Origin: an uncultured Actinomycetes bacterium
GTDB taxonomy: Bacteria; Actinomycetota; Acidimicrobiia; Spongiisociales; ZC4RG35
Direction: 5' to 3'
Length of the DNA stretch: 64,000 nucleotides
Assembly: GCA_937989945.1 (NCBI GenBank)
Contig: CALKIG010000008.1
Coordinates: forward strand, 32,631 to 96,630
Part shown: one piece after another, positions 7,754-17,013 of the stretch
How positions within the stretch are numbered: position 1 is the stretch's first letter
How the letters are laid out: every line of letters begins with the position of its first letter
Position numbers and translations under genes: made by a program
Notes under the pieces: generated by a model
Databases searched by the model: none
Told to the model about the DNA's origin: nothing
What the model saw: the letters and a program-made list of their open reading frames with translations, nothing else

Positions 7754-9622
7754 CTATCGCGGAGGCGGCTCGGTCACCAGTCCAAGCGCACCGACGCTTC
7801 CCTGAATTCCCCCGAGGCCGGGCGCCGAAGTGAACGAGATTGCGTCCGTCCGGTACACCTCGACGATCTGGCTCGAATAAAGGGGCAGATAGGGAAGGTC
7901 GCGCATGACGAGCGCCTCGATCTGCCAGATGAGGTCGAGAGCTTGTTCGGGGCTGCGAGCCGTCTCATAGCGAGCCAGGAGGTCATCCATCTCCTGGCTT
8001 TGGTAGCCAGTGTTGTTGGCCGCCGAGCCCGAGCCCAGGAGCTCCCCATAGAACGACGGGAGACCCGGGTTCCCGAGAGACCAACCCAGTATCGCCATGT
8101 CATAGCGAAGATTTCCCGCATCGTCCTCCTCGAAAGCCAGGTCGATCACGGTGTCGAAGTCGGTACTGACCGGGATGACTTCAAAACCGAGCATTGCCAC
8201 CGCTTTTGCAATCTCCTCGGCGTACAACTTTCGGGCAGGGTCATAGGAGTCCCCCGACGTCAGGACGGTCAGGGCCGCTGGCGCAGCGCCGTTGATGAGA
8301 AGGCCTTCACCTGGCTCGACGCCGTCGGTGGTCATAACCGGGCGGCTGGTCCAGGTGTATCCGAGGCCTTCGAGATCATCGATCACGTCTTCGAAGGCGG
8401 CTGCCCGGTCCTCCACCGGATCGTGAAGAGAGGCGGCCCTCGCTGGGTCGTACCATGCCGTGCTGGAGGCCGGAAGGAGCGTACGTGCCTCGGGAACTCC
8501 CGCGACCTCATCAGCCAGCCTGCTCCGATCGACGACAAGGTCAACGGCGCGCCGAAACTCGAGATCGGACATCGGGGCCCGATCGAGATTGAAGCTGAGA
8601 TACCTGACTCCGAATACGGGGCTGGTCACCACGCCGACGTCTTCGACGTTTTCGAGTGCAGCCCTTTCCCCGTCATCCAGCCCCCGCGGCGACAGGAAGG
8701 TGTGCACCCTCCCGGCTACCAGGGCATCCGAGAGAGCGCCCATGCCCTCATACACGTGGTACTCGACGAGATCAGGGGCGTCTCCCCAGTATCCAGGATT
8801 CATCTGGCCGACGATTCGGCCGGGCTGGAAGTCAACGATCGAAAGGGGCCCGCTAGCTGGATCATCAAGTCCGGAGAGGCCATAGAGCGTCGCTGATCCG
8901 GCACCATCATCCAGCTTGCCTTCCCAGAAGTGAGCTGCCATCACCGGAGCGGTGCCCACGCCATGGGGCCATACGTCAAGACTGGGAAGCGACGAGAATC
9001 GCACCTCGATCCGATATCGATCGAGAGCCGTGACGTCGACGACCTCCTCGGGGAAGACTTTCGCCCACTGGCCGCCCAGCTTCATCGAGCGCACCATGTC
9101 GTAGGTGAACTCGAAGTCATCGGCCGTGATGGGCTCTCCATCGCTCCACCGGCTGTCGCCCCGGAGCGTGACCACGACGCGCCATCCGACCTGATCCCAT
9201 GTAGGGCCCCGAGAAGACGATGCGAGATCGGGTACGAGGCTCTGGGCGGTCGGGTCCAGCTGATAGAGAGAGGCCTTGGTAGGCGCTAGGACATATGCAT
9301 CCCACACTGTCGGCGACGACCCGAAGTACGACCAGAAGTTGTCGGTGGTGGGCGCGCCGAGGAGCCCGACCTTGTAGACGAAGGGGGTGTCGCGCTCGTT
9401 GGAGACCGTTCCGGCGACACTGTCCTCTGGAAGGGAAGTTGTAGAGGTGGTCGACGTGTCCGGCACGATCTCGACCGCCGTGGCGTCATCGCCACGTCCT
9501 ACTTGGATGAAGGCGAACGTCGCGAGGGCAAACACGATGACACTTGCACCGAACGTTCTTACGGCTCTGTTGGGCAATATGAAAGACCTCCCGACTATTG
9601 ATCGGCAGATCGACCACCCCAC
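7754..9622 (-). CDS. ABC transporter substrate-binding protein, family 5 (peptide/nickel type), no permease partners nearby
   Basis: 622 aa with an N-terminal hydrophobic anchor (ASVIVFALATFAFIQV) and a Ser/Thr-rich linker. The body is typical of SBP_bac_5 (..YKVGLLG..DNFW.., ..GYQSQEMDDLL..). The start is uncertain (GTG 9622 or a downstream TTG). Confidence 0.7.
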   Translation of the reverse strand: MGWSICRSIVGRSFILPNRAVRTFGASVIVFALATFAFIQVGRGDDATAVEIVPDTSTTSTTSLPEDSVAGTVSNERDTPFVYKVGLLGAPTTDNFWSYFGSSPTVWDAYVLAPTKASLYQLDPTAQSLVPDLASSSRGPTWDQVGWRVVVTLRGDSRWSDGEPITADDFEFTYDMVRSMKLGGQWAKVFPEEVVDVTALDRYRIEVRFSSLPSLDVWPHGVGTAPVMAAHFWEGKLDDGAGSATLYGLSGLDDPASGPLSIVDFQPGRIVGQMNPGYWGDAPDLVEYHVYEGMGALSDALVAGRVHTFLSPRGLDDGERAALENVEDVGVVTSPVFGVRYLSFNLDRAPMSDLEFRRAVDLVVDRSRLADEVAGVPEARTLLPASSTAWYDPARAASLHDPVEDRAAAFEDVIDDLEGLGYTWTSRPVMTTDGVEPGEGLLINGAAPAALTVLTSGDSYDPARKLYAEEIAKAVAMLGFEVIPVSTDFDTVIDLAFEEDDAGNLRYDMAILGWSLGNPGLPSFYGELLGSGSAANNTGYQSQEMDDLLARYETARSPEQALDLIWQIEALVMRDLPYLPLYSSQIVEVYRTDAISFTSAPGLGGIQGSVGALGLVTEPPPR

Positions 9623-9671
9623 TTAACGATGAGGGATGCCAGTGAGTAGGCACTATTGTTTGGGAAGAATC

Positions 9672-9746
9672 CGGGCTGTGGCGCAGCTTGGTTAGCGCGC
9701 CGGTCTGGGGGACCGGAGGTCGGGAGTTCAAATCTCCCCAGCCCGA
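9672..9746 (+). tRNA. tRNA-Pro (anticodon GGG)
   Basis: Hand-folded cloverleaf: acceptor CGGGCTG/CAGCCCG, D arm GCGC-AGCTTGGTTA-GCGC, anticodon arm CCGGT-CTGGGGG-ACCGG, T arm GGGAG-TTCAAAT-CTCCC, discriminator A. CCA is not encoded. Confidence 0.9.
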
Positions 9747-9950
9747 CTCAACGATTAGGGCCCGCCGAGGCGAACGCGAGATCAATGGCGATCGTCGGTG
9801 CGGGCCCTCATCATGTCAGCGCCTGGACCACCCACACCACTCCCTGAATGAGCCGCCACCCCAGATATAGGGAGGCCAGCACGACCATCAGCTTGAACAG
9901 GAACGGCGTGGGGAAGTCTTCTTCGGGCGGGCCGGGATCTCGTGAGGAGC

Positions 9951-11264
9951 TCACCCTCTCTCCCGTTTGCGTGCCACGATGTGCACGGGATTCCCGGTGA
10001 AATCGAACTCTTGCCGAATCCTGTTCTCGAGGAAGCGCACGTAGTCGTCGCCGAGGTCCCCACCCGAATGAAACAGCACGAAGGTGGGTGGAGCCGTGCC
10101 CGCCTGAACGGCATAGTGGATACGAGGTCGTCGACCCTTGCGAACAGGCGGCAGGTGTGCTGCTGTCCAGTCCCTCACGAGTCTGTTGAGCCGACCGGTC
10201 CCGACTCTTTGGTATCTCGATTCGAGCACAGCTGCAATGGCCGGGCCGAGCCGGTGCAGCCTGGCACCTGTGGCAGCCGACGTGCGCAACACCGGAGCCC
10301 ACGAGACGAAGCCAAACCGGTCGGGCAGTGAGCGCTCTGTGAGCTCTCTCTGCTCCTCATCGATTGCGTCCCACTTGTTCAGAACGATGATCAGGCCGGT
10401 GCCCGCCTCGACGACCTCACTCGCGATCCTCTGATCCTGATGGGTCACACCATCGATGGCGTCGATCACGAGAATCGCAAGGTCAGCATCCTTCAGCGCT
10501 TCCCGTGCCCGCACGACCGCGTAGTAGTCGGCGTCTTCGGTGATCTGGGGCCTGCGACGGATACCAGCGGTGTCCACGAGCGTGTATCGATCACCGTCTA
10601 TCTCGACGTTCACGTCGATCGGATCCCGCGTCGTGCCTGGTGTCTCGGAGACGATCACCCTCTGCTCCCCCACGAGACGGTTGAGAAGTGTCGACTTGCC
10701 CACGTTCGGCCTCCCGACGATGGCCAGGCGCGGCAAGGCCGGCTCTTCGACCTCGTCCACCGGCTCGGGCAGGAAGGAAACGACTGCGTCCAGGAGGTCA
10801 CCGACACCCCTGCCGTGATACGCGCTGATCGATCGGGGCTCGCCGAGACCCAACGACCAGAATCGCCCGATCTCGGCCTCAGCGGTGGCGCTGTCCATCT
10901 TGTTGACCGCCAGCACAACGGGAACACCCGTGGAGCGCAAAGTGGAGATCGCCCCTGTGTCGTCGTCGGACGGGTCGGCCATACCGTCTACAACGAACAC
11001 GATCACGTCGCTGCCGCTGAGAGCAGCTTCGGCCTGCTGCTTGATCGACTCGTCGATCCCGGTCCCGGGCTTCAACTCCCACCCCCCGGTGTCGACGAGG
11101 ATGAACCTCCTGCCTGCCCAGTCTGCGTCGAACTGGCGCCGGTCTCGTGTGACACCTGGCATTTCCTCCACGACCGCTGTGCGCGAGCCGATGATCCTGT
11201 TGACCAGGGTCGATTTTCCGACGTTGGGCCGGCCCACGACAGCAACAACTGGAAGGGCGCTCAT
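9951..11264 (-). CDS. der: ribosome-biogenesis GTPase Der (EngA)
   Basis: Two tandem GTPase domains, each with a P-loop GRPNVGKST (VVAVVGRPNVGKST and LAIVGRPNVGKST), DTGG/DTAG and NKMD/NKWD motifs, and a C-terminal KH-like domain. Confidence 0.95.
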   Translation of the reverse strand: MSALPVVAVVGRPNVGKSTLVNRIIGSRTAVVEEMPGVTRDRRQFDADWAGRRFILVDTGGWELKPGTGIDESIKQQAEAALSGSDVIVFVVDGMADPSDDDTGAISTLRSTGVPVVLAVNKMDSATAEAEIGRFWSLGLGEPRSISAYHGRGVGDLLDAVVSFLPEPVDEVEEPALPRLAIVGRPNVGKSTLLNRLVGEQRVIVSETPGTTRDPIDVNVEIDGDRYTLVDTAGIRRRPQITEDADYYAVVRAREALKDADLAILVIDAIDGVTHQDQRIASEVVEAGTGLIIVLNKWDAIDEEQRELTERSLPDRFGFVSWAPVLRTSAATGARLHRLGPAIAAVLESRYQRVGTGRLNRLVRDWTAAHLPPVRKGRRPRIHYAVQAGTAPPTFVLFHSGGDLGDDYVRFLENRIRQEFDFTGNPVHIVARKRERG

Positions 11265-11286
11265 ATCTCGGCCACCCGGGAGCCTC

Positions 11287-12360
11287 CTACGCGCTGATCA
11301 GCTTCAAGGCCTCGGAAGCGGTCCAGGTACGATCCCGCTCCAGGTACCCGCCCTCCGCCGGCTGCTTCGCGGTGACACCAGCCTCCACGAGGTTCTGCAG
11401 GGTGGTGACGAATTGGCGGAGTTGTGGAGGAAGTGGGAAGTATTCCTCCTCCTCCGTGACCTTCCAAAGCTCGAAGCCCTGCTCCGGATCGATGCGGTCG
11501 ATCACCTCTTCGATCAGATGGTCCGGGGCGCTGGCTCCAGCGGTAAGCCCGACGACGGTCTTTCCCTCGAGCCAGGCGGAGTCGATGTCATCCGCCGAGT
11601 CGATCCGATAGGACTCGACCCCGTTCTCCTTGGCCACACGAACCAGCGCCTGTGTGTTGGATGAGTTGTGCGAACCAACCACCAGGATCAAGTCGCACTC
11701 GTCCGACAACTGGCCAACTGCCTCCTGGCGATTCGTGGTGGCGTAGCAGAGGTCCGATTTGCGTGCGGTTGCGAGGTCAGGAAACCGAGCACTGGCATCG
11801 TCCATCACCTTTTGCCACTCGTACATGCCGAGCGTTGTCTGCGCCAGAAGTGCGACCTTCGAGTCATCGCTAGGGCGGTAATCGCCAAGGCCCTGCTCCG
11901 GCTCGACCAGGGTGATCGAGTCTGGAGCTTCAGCGACCGTGCCGACCGCTTCGTCGTGCCCTTGATGGCCGACGTAGATGATGTCATAGCCCTTCGACGA
12001 CATCTTCTTCACCTCATGATGGACTTTTGTCACCAGCGGGCAAACGGCGTCGATGACCACCGCCGCTCGCTCCGAGGCGCCGGCAACGACCTCGGGTGCA
12101 GATCCGTGCGCCGAGAGCATCACGGGAGCGCCTTCTGGAACCTCGTCGATGTCGTCTACGAAGATGACGCCGACCTTCTCGAAAGCGCGCACCACCCACT
12201 CGTTGTGGACGATCTCGTGGTAGCAGTACACAGGCGGCTCGAATATGCGGGTCATCCAGGTCAGAGCCTTGATGGCCATCTCGACACCGGCACAAAAGCC
12301 CCTCGGCTCGGCAAGGAGAACGCGTTGGACTGACATTGCATCACCAATGGTAGGTGTCAT
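11287..12360 (-). CDS. ispH: 4-hydroxy-3-methylbut-2-enyl diphosphate reductase, with a C-terminal tail of roughly 40-45 aa
   Basis: VLLAEPRGFCAGVEMAIKAL, HEIVHN and SHNSSNT are IspH/LytB hallmarks. ATG 12360 overlaps the cmk stop (ATGA). ATG 12336 (MSVQRVLL..) is an alternative start. Confidence 0.9.
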   Translation of the reverse strand: MTPTIGDAMSVQRVLLAEPRGFCAGVEMAIKALTWMTRIFEPPVYCYHEIVHNEWVVRAFEKVGVIFVDDIDEVPEGAPVMLSAHGSAPEVVAGASERAAVVIDAVCPLVTKVHHEVKKMSSKGYDIIYVGHQGHDEAVGTVAEAPDSITLVEPEQGLGDYRPSDDSKVALLAQTTLGMYEWQKVMDDASARFPDLATARKSDLCYATTNRQEAVGQLSDECDLILVVGSHNSSNTQALVRVAKENGVESYRIDSADDIDSAWLEGKTVVGLTAGASAPDHLIEEVIDRIDPEQGFELWKVTEEEEYFPLPPQLRQFVTTLQNLVEAGVTAKQPAEGGYLERDRTWTASEALKLISA

Positions 12361-13010
12361 CGGGACAAACGACTCTCGACGAGCTCGACGATCGCTCCAA
12401 CTACCTCGTCGATCTGCATATCGGAGGTGTCGATGACAGTCGCCCCTTCCGGAATCCGGAGTGGAGACGTCACCCGGGTCGAGTCGATGTGGTCCCTCCG
12501 CTCTTGATCTACCAGCACTTCGGTCGCCTTCTGGCCGGTCTCGGCTGACCGTCGTGCCGCGCGAACCTCGGGAGAAGCGTCTAGATACACCTTGACCGGA
12601 GCATCCGGGAAGACGATCGAACCGATGTCACGTCCTTCCACCACCGCGCTCCCGCCATGGCGCCTCACCCAGGCCCGCTGATGAGCGACGAGAGCCTCTC
12701 TGACAGCACCGTGGGCCGAGACCACCGAAACGGCCGCACTGACCTCTGGTGACCTGATCAGGTGGGAGACGTCCTCACCGTCGACATACATCCGACTGCC
12801 GATCTGATCGAGCAGTGAGGCGTTGACAGCGGCCGTCACTGCTCGCTCGTCGTTCACGTCGAGACCTTTGCGGAGTGCCAAGAGAGTGGCAGCCCGGTAG
12901 TACGCGCCCGTATCCAGATGGGGCAGATCGAGCCTTTGCGCCACCAGCCGCGAGACGGTGCTCTTGCCGGTGCCTGCCGGCCCGTCGATGCTGATGATCA
13001 CTGGATCCAC
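12357..13010 (-). CDS. cmk: cytidylate kinase
   Basis: ISIDGPAGTGKSTVSR P-loop, ..LDTGAYYRA.., ..VVEGRDIGSIVFPDA... GTG start. Confidence 0.9.
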   Translation of the reverse strand: MDPVIISIDGPAGTGKSTVSRLVAQRLDLPHLDTGAYYRAATLLALRKGLDVNDERAVTAAVNASLLDQIGSRMYVDGEDVSHLIRSPEVSAAVSVVSAHGAVREALVAHQRAWVRRHGGSAVVEGRDIGSIVFPDAPVKVYLDASPEVRAARRSAETGQKATEVLVDQERRDHIDSTRVTSPLRIPEGATVIDTSDMQIDEVVGAIVELVESRLSR

Positions 13011-13139
13011 GGAGATCGAGGGTAGACCGCCCTAGACGCGTTAATGGAGAGGGACCGGTCCAGGGGCGTCCTAGATGGGGGTTGTCTGGACAATGGGGGC
13101 AAAGGACCGGTACGACCTCTCCGTAGGTGACAACATAGC

Positions 13140-13163
13140 AACCTTCACCGATGACTGAAGGTT
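13140..13163 (-). terminator. hairpin just downstream of aroA (weak terminator candidate)
   Basis: AACCTTCA (13140-13147) and TGAAGGTT (13156-13163) form a perfect 8-bp stem with an 8-nt loop. The minus-strand tail GCTATGTTGT is only modestly U-rich. Confidence 0.3.
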
Positions 13164-13189
13164 TGCCCGTCAGATTTCTGAGCGATCGC

Positions 13190-14449
13190 TCACAATTCGA
13201 CGATCTCGGCCCCGGTGGAGGCGAGCCACTCCCAGTAACCCGGCCAGGTCTTGGAAACCACCTCGGGGTCCTCCAGGCTGACCCCATCGGCGACGAGTCC
13301 CAGCAAGGCGAGGCTCATTGCGATTCGGTGATCGTTGTGGGTCTCGAACCGGGCTGGTCTCGGCTCTCCGGGTGTGATAGTCAGCGAGTCACCCTCTTCC
13401 TCGACGGATGTCCCGAACTTGGTGAGCTCTGTCGTCAGTGCCGCGATCCGGTCCGACTCCTTCAGGCGCAGGCTGTGCAGGCCGTGTATTCGGCTGGTGT
13501 CGGCCGCCATGGCACAACACACGGTGAGGGCCACCGCGGCATCCGGCGCGGATGACATGTCGACGTCTACGGGATCGAGCTCCGCCGGGCCAGCTATGAC
13601 CACGCCGCGAGGCGTCACGTCGACAGTGCATCCCATCAGCGCCAGCGTGTCGAAAATTCGTCGATCGGGATGTTTGCCCATGTCGCCGATGATTTCTATC
13701 CGGCCACCCGTGATCGCGGCCGCTACGGCCGGGTATGCAGCCGAGGACGCATCGACCGGCACCCGATATATGGCGGGCCTGTAGCCCCCGGGGCTGACGC
13801 GATAGGTGTCGTCTTCTCCCTCGATGATCGCTCCGAAGGCCCTCATGACATCCAACGTCACCTCGACGTAGTGGGTCGATGCGGCACCGAACGCCGTGAT
13901 GGTCGTGGTACCGGCGGCCAGTGGAGCAGCCAGCAGCAGTGACGACAGCACCTGGCTGCTGGCGGAGGCGTCGACAACAAGGGCTCCATCACGCCCGGCG
14001 CTGGACGCGTCTATGGCCCAGGGATGCTCTCTCCCGGCTTCGGCTCCGCGAGTCCGGAGATTGTCCAGCAACGCACCCATGGGTCGCTCTGGAAGCCGGC
14101 CCTCTCCGGTGATCTGGATCGGTCCTGGCAAGAATGGGGACAGCCCCATGAGGAAACGTGCAGTGAGGCCGGACTCACCGGCGTTCAAGGGCTCGGCTGG
14201 GGCTCGAAACGCGCCGGCAACACCTTCGACCGTCCATGTGCTCTCGTCTTCGGCTATTTGAGCTCCCAACGCCCGAAGGGCGCCCCGGGCGTGTCTCGTG
14301 TCCTCGGAATCCAGGGCCCCCACGAGCGTGCTCTGGCCGGCGGCCGCGGCAGCAACGAACAGCGCGCGGATCGTATGCGACTTCGACCCCGGGGGATGGG
14401 CGACAGTCCGGAGCGGCTCAGGAGGTCGACTGATTGCCAGGATGCTCAC
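13190..14449 (-). CDS. aroA: 3-phosphoshikimate 1-carboxyvinyltransferase (EPSP synthase)
   Basis: 419 aa. PPGSKSHTIRALFVAA, ..LNAGESGLTARFL.., ..LRLKESDRIAAL.., ..HNDHRIAMSLAL... The GTG start overlaps the rluB stop (GTGA). Confidence 0.9.
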   Translation of the reverse strand: MSILAISRPPEPLRTVAHPPGSKSHTIRALFVAAAAAGQSTLVGALDSEDTRHARGALRALGAQIAEDESTWTVEGVAGAFRAPAEPLNAGESGLTARFLMGLSPFLPGPIQITGEGRLPERPMGALLDNLRTRGAEAGREHPWAIDASSAGRDGALVVDASASSQVLSSLLLAAPLAAGTTTITAFGAASTHYVEVTLDVMRAFGAIIEGEDDTYRVSPGGYRPAIYRVPVDASSAAYPAVAAAITGGRIEIIGDMGKHPDRRIFDTLALMGCTVDVTPRGVVIAGPAELDPVDVDMSSAPDAAVALTVCCAMAADTSRIHGLHSLRLKESDRIAALTTELTKFGTSVEEEGDSLTITPGEPRPARFETHNDHRIAMSLALLGLVADGVSLEDPEVVSKTWPGYWEWLASTGAEIVEL

Positions 14450-15168
14450 TCCGCGGCCTCCCGCATGAGGGCAGCGACCTCGACGTTGTCCAGCACCCTC
14501 GAGTCCCCGGCCTTCAGAGAGGGATCGGCAATGGGCCCGATCGCCGTCCGCACCAGTCGTATGGTCTCGTAGCCGATCGCCTCCAACATGCGCCTCACTT
14601 CTCGATTTCTGCCCTCGACCATGATCACTTCCAACTGAGACCTGCCTCTGCTGGTACCCAGTTTCCGAGCGCGCAAAGCGCGCGCGGGTCCGTCATCGAG
14701 CTCCACACCCCTCTCCAATCGCTTCACCTCGCTTGGCGTGGGAGATCCGGAAACCTCTGCCAGGTACTTCTTCCGCACTCCATATCTCGGATGTGTGACC
14801 CGCTCTGTGAGGACGCCGTCATTGGAGACCAGGATCAAGCCTTCTGAGTCCAGATCGAGGCGTCCAACGGGGTAGAGCCTCTTTGCCGAATCGATGAGAT
14901 CCACGACCGTCACCCGTCCGTGCGGGTCATTCGCTGTGCTGACAACACCAACGGGCTTGTAGAGCAGATAGGTCACCCGCTCGGGACTGACCGGGATCGG
15001 AGACCCGTCGATGGTGACCGTCTGGTCTTCGACATCGACTCTGTCTCCCAGGACTGCGATCTTCCCGTCGACCGCCACCCGGCCATCCGAGATAGCTTCC
15101 TCGGCAGCGCGGCGGGACATGAGGCCCGCGTGGGCGATCGCCTTCTGGACGCGGATTCGCTCCGCCAT
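14446..15168 (-). CDS. rluB: pseudouridine synthase, RsuA/RluB family with N-terminal S4 domain
   Basis: ATG at 15168. S4 domain RVQKAIAHAGLMSRRAAEEAISDGRVAVDG and catalytic motif YPVGRLDLDSEGLILVSNDG. The upstream 63 aa of the track ORF overlap scpB and look spurious. Confidence 0.85.
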   Translation of the reverse strand: MAERIRVQKAIAHAGLMSRRAAEEAISDGRVAVDGKIAVLGDRVDVEDQTVTIDGSPIPVSPERVTYLLYKPVGVVSTANDPHGRVTVVDLIDSAKRLYPVGRLDLDSEGLILVSNDGVLTERVTHPRYGVRKKYLAEVSGSPTPSEVKRLERGVELDDGPARALRARKLGTSRGRSQLEVIMVEGRNREVRRMLEAIGYETIRLVRTAIGPIADPSLKAGDSRVLDNVEVAALMREAAE

Positions 15169-15172
15169 TCGA

Positions 15173-15730
15173 TCAGGATCCGGGCCGCAGTGAGTCCTCG
15201 AGCCCTTCGAGCGCCTGAGCCGGCGGGACATGGTCGGCGAGTGGCGGGAGGTCCGACACCGACTGCATGCCCAATTTCTCGAGAAAGAGTCTTGTTGTGC
15301 CATAGACAGCCGGATTCCCGGGGAGGTCGAGGCGTTCGACCTCTTCGATGAAGCCAAGCCTCTCGAGCGTTCTCACTGCCGAGTCGGAGTCAACGCCCCG
15401 AATCTCGCTTATCTGACTCCGGGCCACCGGCTGGCGGTAAGCGATCACCGAAAGCGTCTCGATAGCCGCGGGCGACAATCGACGGGCCGTCGCGGTGGAT
15501 GTGAACCGCTCCAGATATGGGTAGGTCTCAGGATGGCTGTAGAGGCGCCATCCTCCGGCCGTGGAGCGCACGACCAGCCCGGACCCTCGTTCCTCCATCT
15601 CCCTTCCCATTTCGGAGATCAAGGCCTCGACCTCGACGACGGGCATCTCGAGGATCTCCGCCAGCTCCCCAACCGGGACCGGTGCCTCCGTGACGAACAA
15701 GATCGCCTCGATTGCGGCTTTGGGGGTCAC
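15173..15730 (-). CDS. scpB: segregation and condensation protein B
   Basis: GTG 15730 overlaps the scpA stop (GTGA). AAIEAILFVTEAPVPVGELAEIL and ..LSPAAIETLSVIAYRQPVARSQISEIRGV.. are ScpB winged-helix repeats. Confidence 0.85.
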   Translation of the reverse strand: MTPKAAIEAILFVTEAPVPVGELAEILEMPVVEVEALISEMGREMEERGSGLVVRSTAGGWRLYSHPETYPYLERFTSTATARRLSPAAIETLSVIAYRQPVARSQISEIRGVDSDSAVRTLERLGFIEEVERLDLPGNPAVYGTTRLFLEKLGMQSVSDLPPLADHVPPAQALEGLEDSLRPGS

Positions 15731-16488
15731 GATGCCCACTCCGATGTGAGATCGATGTCCTTGTCGCCGACATGCCTCACTTCGATAGCTGCGAGCCAAT
15801 CACGCTGATGGACTTCGACCAATCCCCAGCGGGCCATCTCGAGTAGCGCCAGGAAGTATGCGGCGACCTCGACCGGGCGTCGACAGTGCTCGGTGAGGTG
15901 ATCGAAGTCTGTCAGTGCTGCCTCGGCGACCCGGGATCGCAACTCCGCGATCGCGGCCTCCACCGATGGCAGGTCGAGCTCCAGATGGTCGAGGTCCGGC
16001 TCCTCAGGCTTGCGGCTGAAGACCCGGAGTGCCACCGCAGCCAGACCGCTCCGGTCAATGGGCAGCTCGGCCTGATCACGATCGACCCGAATGACCTGGT
16101 CGATCCCCGATGTCCTGGGGACGAAGCGATTCGCCTCCTGGAGTCTCCGGGTGAGGACAGCGGCCACGTCCTTGAAGGTCACACAGGCGAGAAGCCTCGA
16201 CAGCAGCCTGTCACGCTCCTCCAAGAGCAGAAGCTCGTCTTCGAGATCCAGATCGCCACGCGCTGGGAGCAGCGAGTGCGCCTTGAGCTGGACGAGGGTG
16301 GCAGCGATCAACAGGAACTCTGATGTCACTTCGAGATCCAGCTCCCTCATCTCCGCAACGAACGCGAGGTACTCGGTCACAACGTCTGTCAGGCCTATGG
16401 CTGAAATCTCGAGCTGGTGCTTCGAGATCAGCTGGAGAAGGAGATCCAGGGGCCCTTCAAAGACAGCGGTCTTGACGTGATAAGTCAC
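15727..16488 (-). CDS. scpA: segregation and condensation protein A
   Basis: FEGPLDLLLQLISKHQLEISAIGLTDVVTEYL is the canonical ScpA N-terminus. Start placed at GTG 16488, downstream of the HD gene stop. The exact start is uncertain. Confidence 0.8.
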   Translation of the reverse strand: MTYHVKTAVFEGPLDLLLQLISKHQLEISAIGLTDVVTEYLAFVAEMRELDLEVTSEFLLIAATLVQLKAHSLLPARGDLDLEDELLLLEERDRLLSRLLACVTFKDVAAVLTRRLQEANRFVPRTSGIDQVIRVDRDQAELPIDRSGLAAVALRVFSRKPEEPDLDHLELDLPSVEAAIAELRSRVAEAALTDFDHLTEHCRRPVEVAAYFLALLEMARWGLVEVHQRDWLAAIEVRHVGDKDIDLTSEWAS

Positions 16489-16501
16489 AGTTCGGCTCAG
16501 G

Positions 16502-17011
16502 TTATTCGCGGCCGCCGCCAAGCCGGGGCTTTGCGGGAATGTCTGCCCGCTGCAGCAGGTCCCATGTCTCGAGGTCGATTGTGCCGGGGCGCTGTCCGTG
16601 ATGGTGCCTGGCGAAGTCGATCGCGAGGCGCGAGGACCCGGAGTGCTCCAGATCTCTGGCGCCGAGAAGGCCATGGTCGCGATACCGGGCCATGCGCTCT
16701 GTCAGTGGGAGCCCTGCCTTGATCAGAAGGGAGGCCACGACACGGCCAACGACCCCCAAGTCGGAGTGCCGCTTGCCGACGTCATGAAGCAGCGCAGCTT
16801 GGACCAGCTCAGGACTCGGGTGGTCAGCCTCAGCGACAAACATGGCCGCATGGAAGCCGTGGGCGCGGTCACGCTTGGACTGGGCGAAGAACAAGTCAAT
16901 CTCTTTGGAGGACAGCCAATCTCTCACGAGGCGCTCTTCGGCCGCGCTCAACTCGCCTGCTGTGAGATAGTCGAAAAACCTGGCCGCCAGGTGGCCGAGC
17001 GACCCCGGCAT
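16502..17011 (-). CDS. HD-domain metal-dependent phosphohydrolase
   Basis: 169 aa with H..HD spacing (..RAHGFHAAMF..AALLHDVGK..). No further specificity can be read. Confidence 0.6.
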   Translation of the reverse strand: MPGSLGHLAARFFDYLTAGELSAAEERLVRDWLSSKEIDLFFAQSKRDRAHGFHAAMFVAEADHPSPELVQAALLHDVGKRHSDLGVVGRVVASLLIKAGLPLTERMARYRDHGLLGARDLEHSGSSRLAIDFARHHHGQRPGTIDLETWDLLQRADIPAKPRLGGGRE

Positions 17012-17013
17012 CG

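Noticed and set aside
7562-8896. 444-aa plus-strand ORF
   Set aside because: It is entirely antisense to the well-supported substrate-binding protein gene. Its composition is Arg/Gly/Pro/His-rich with no motifs. This is the usual long antisense open frame of high-GC DNA.
9811-9888. 25-aa hydrophobic mini-ORF (MVVLASLYLGWRLIQGVVWVVQALT) downstream of der
   Set aside because: No Shine-Dalgarno sequence, no coupling, very short. It lies in the der/tRNA-Pro spacer, where a chance open frame is plausible, and I have no way to support it from sequence alone.
10799-10806. CACCGACA (reverse complement of the TGTCGGTG half of the PafBC/RecA-NDp promoter motif)
   Set aside because: It lies inside der, and the required downstream TAnnnT at N8 spacing is absent. 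No convincing RecA-NDp motif was seen in any intergenic region of the window.
12775-13287. 170-aa minus-strand ORF bridging the aroA-cmk gap
   Set aside because: It overlaps both the aroA 3' end and the cmk 5' end out of frame and is Arg/Pro/Ser-rich. The gap is better explained as regulatory DNA.
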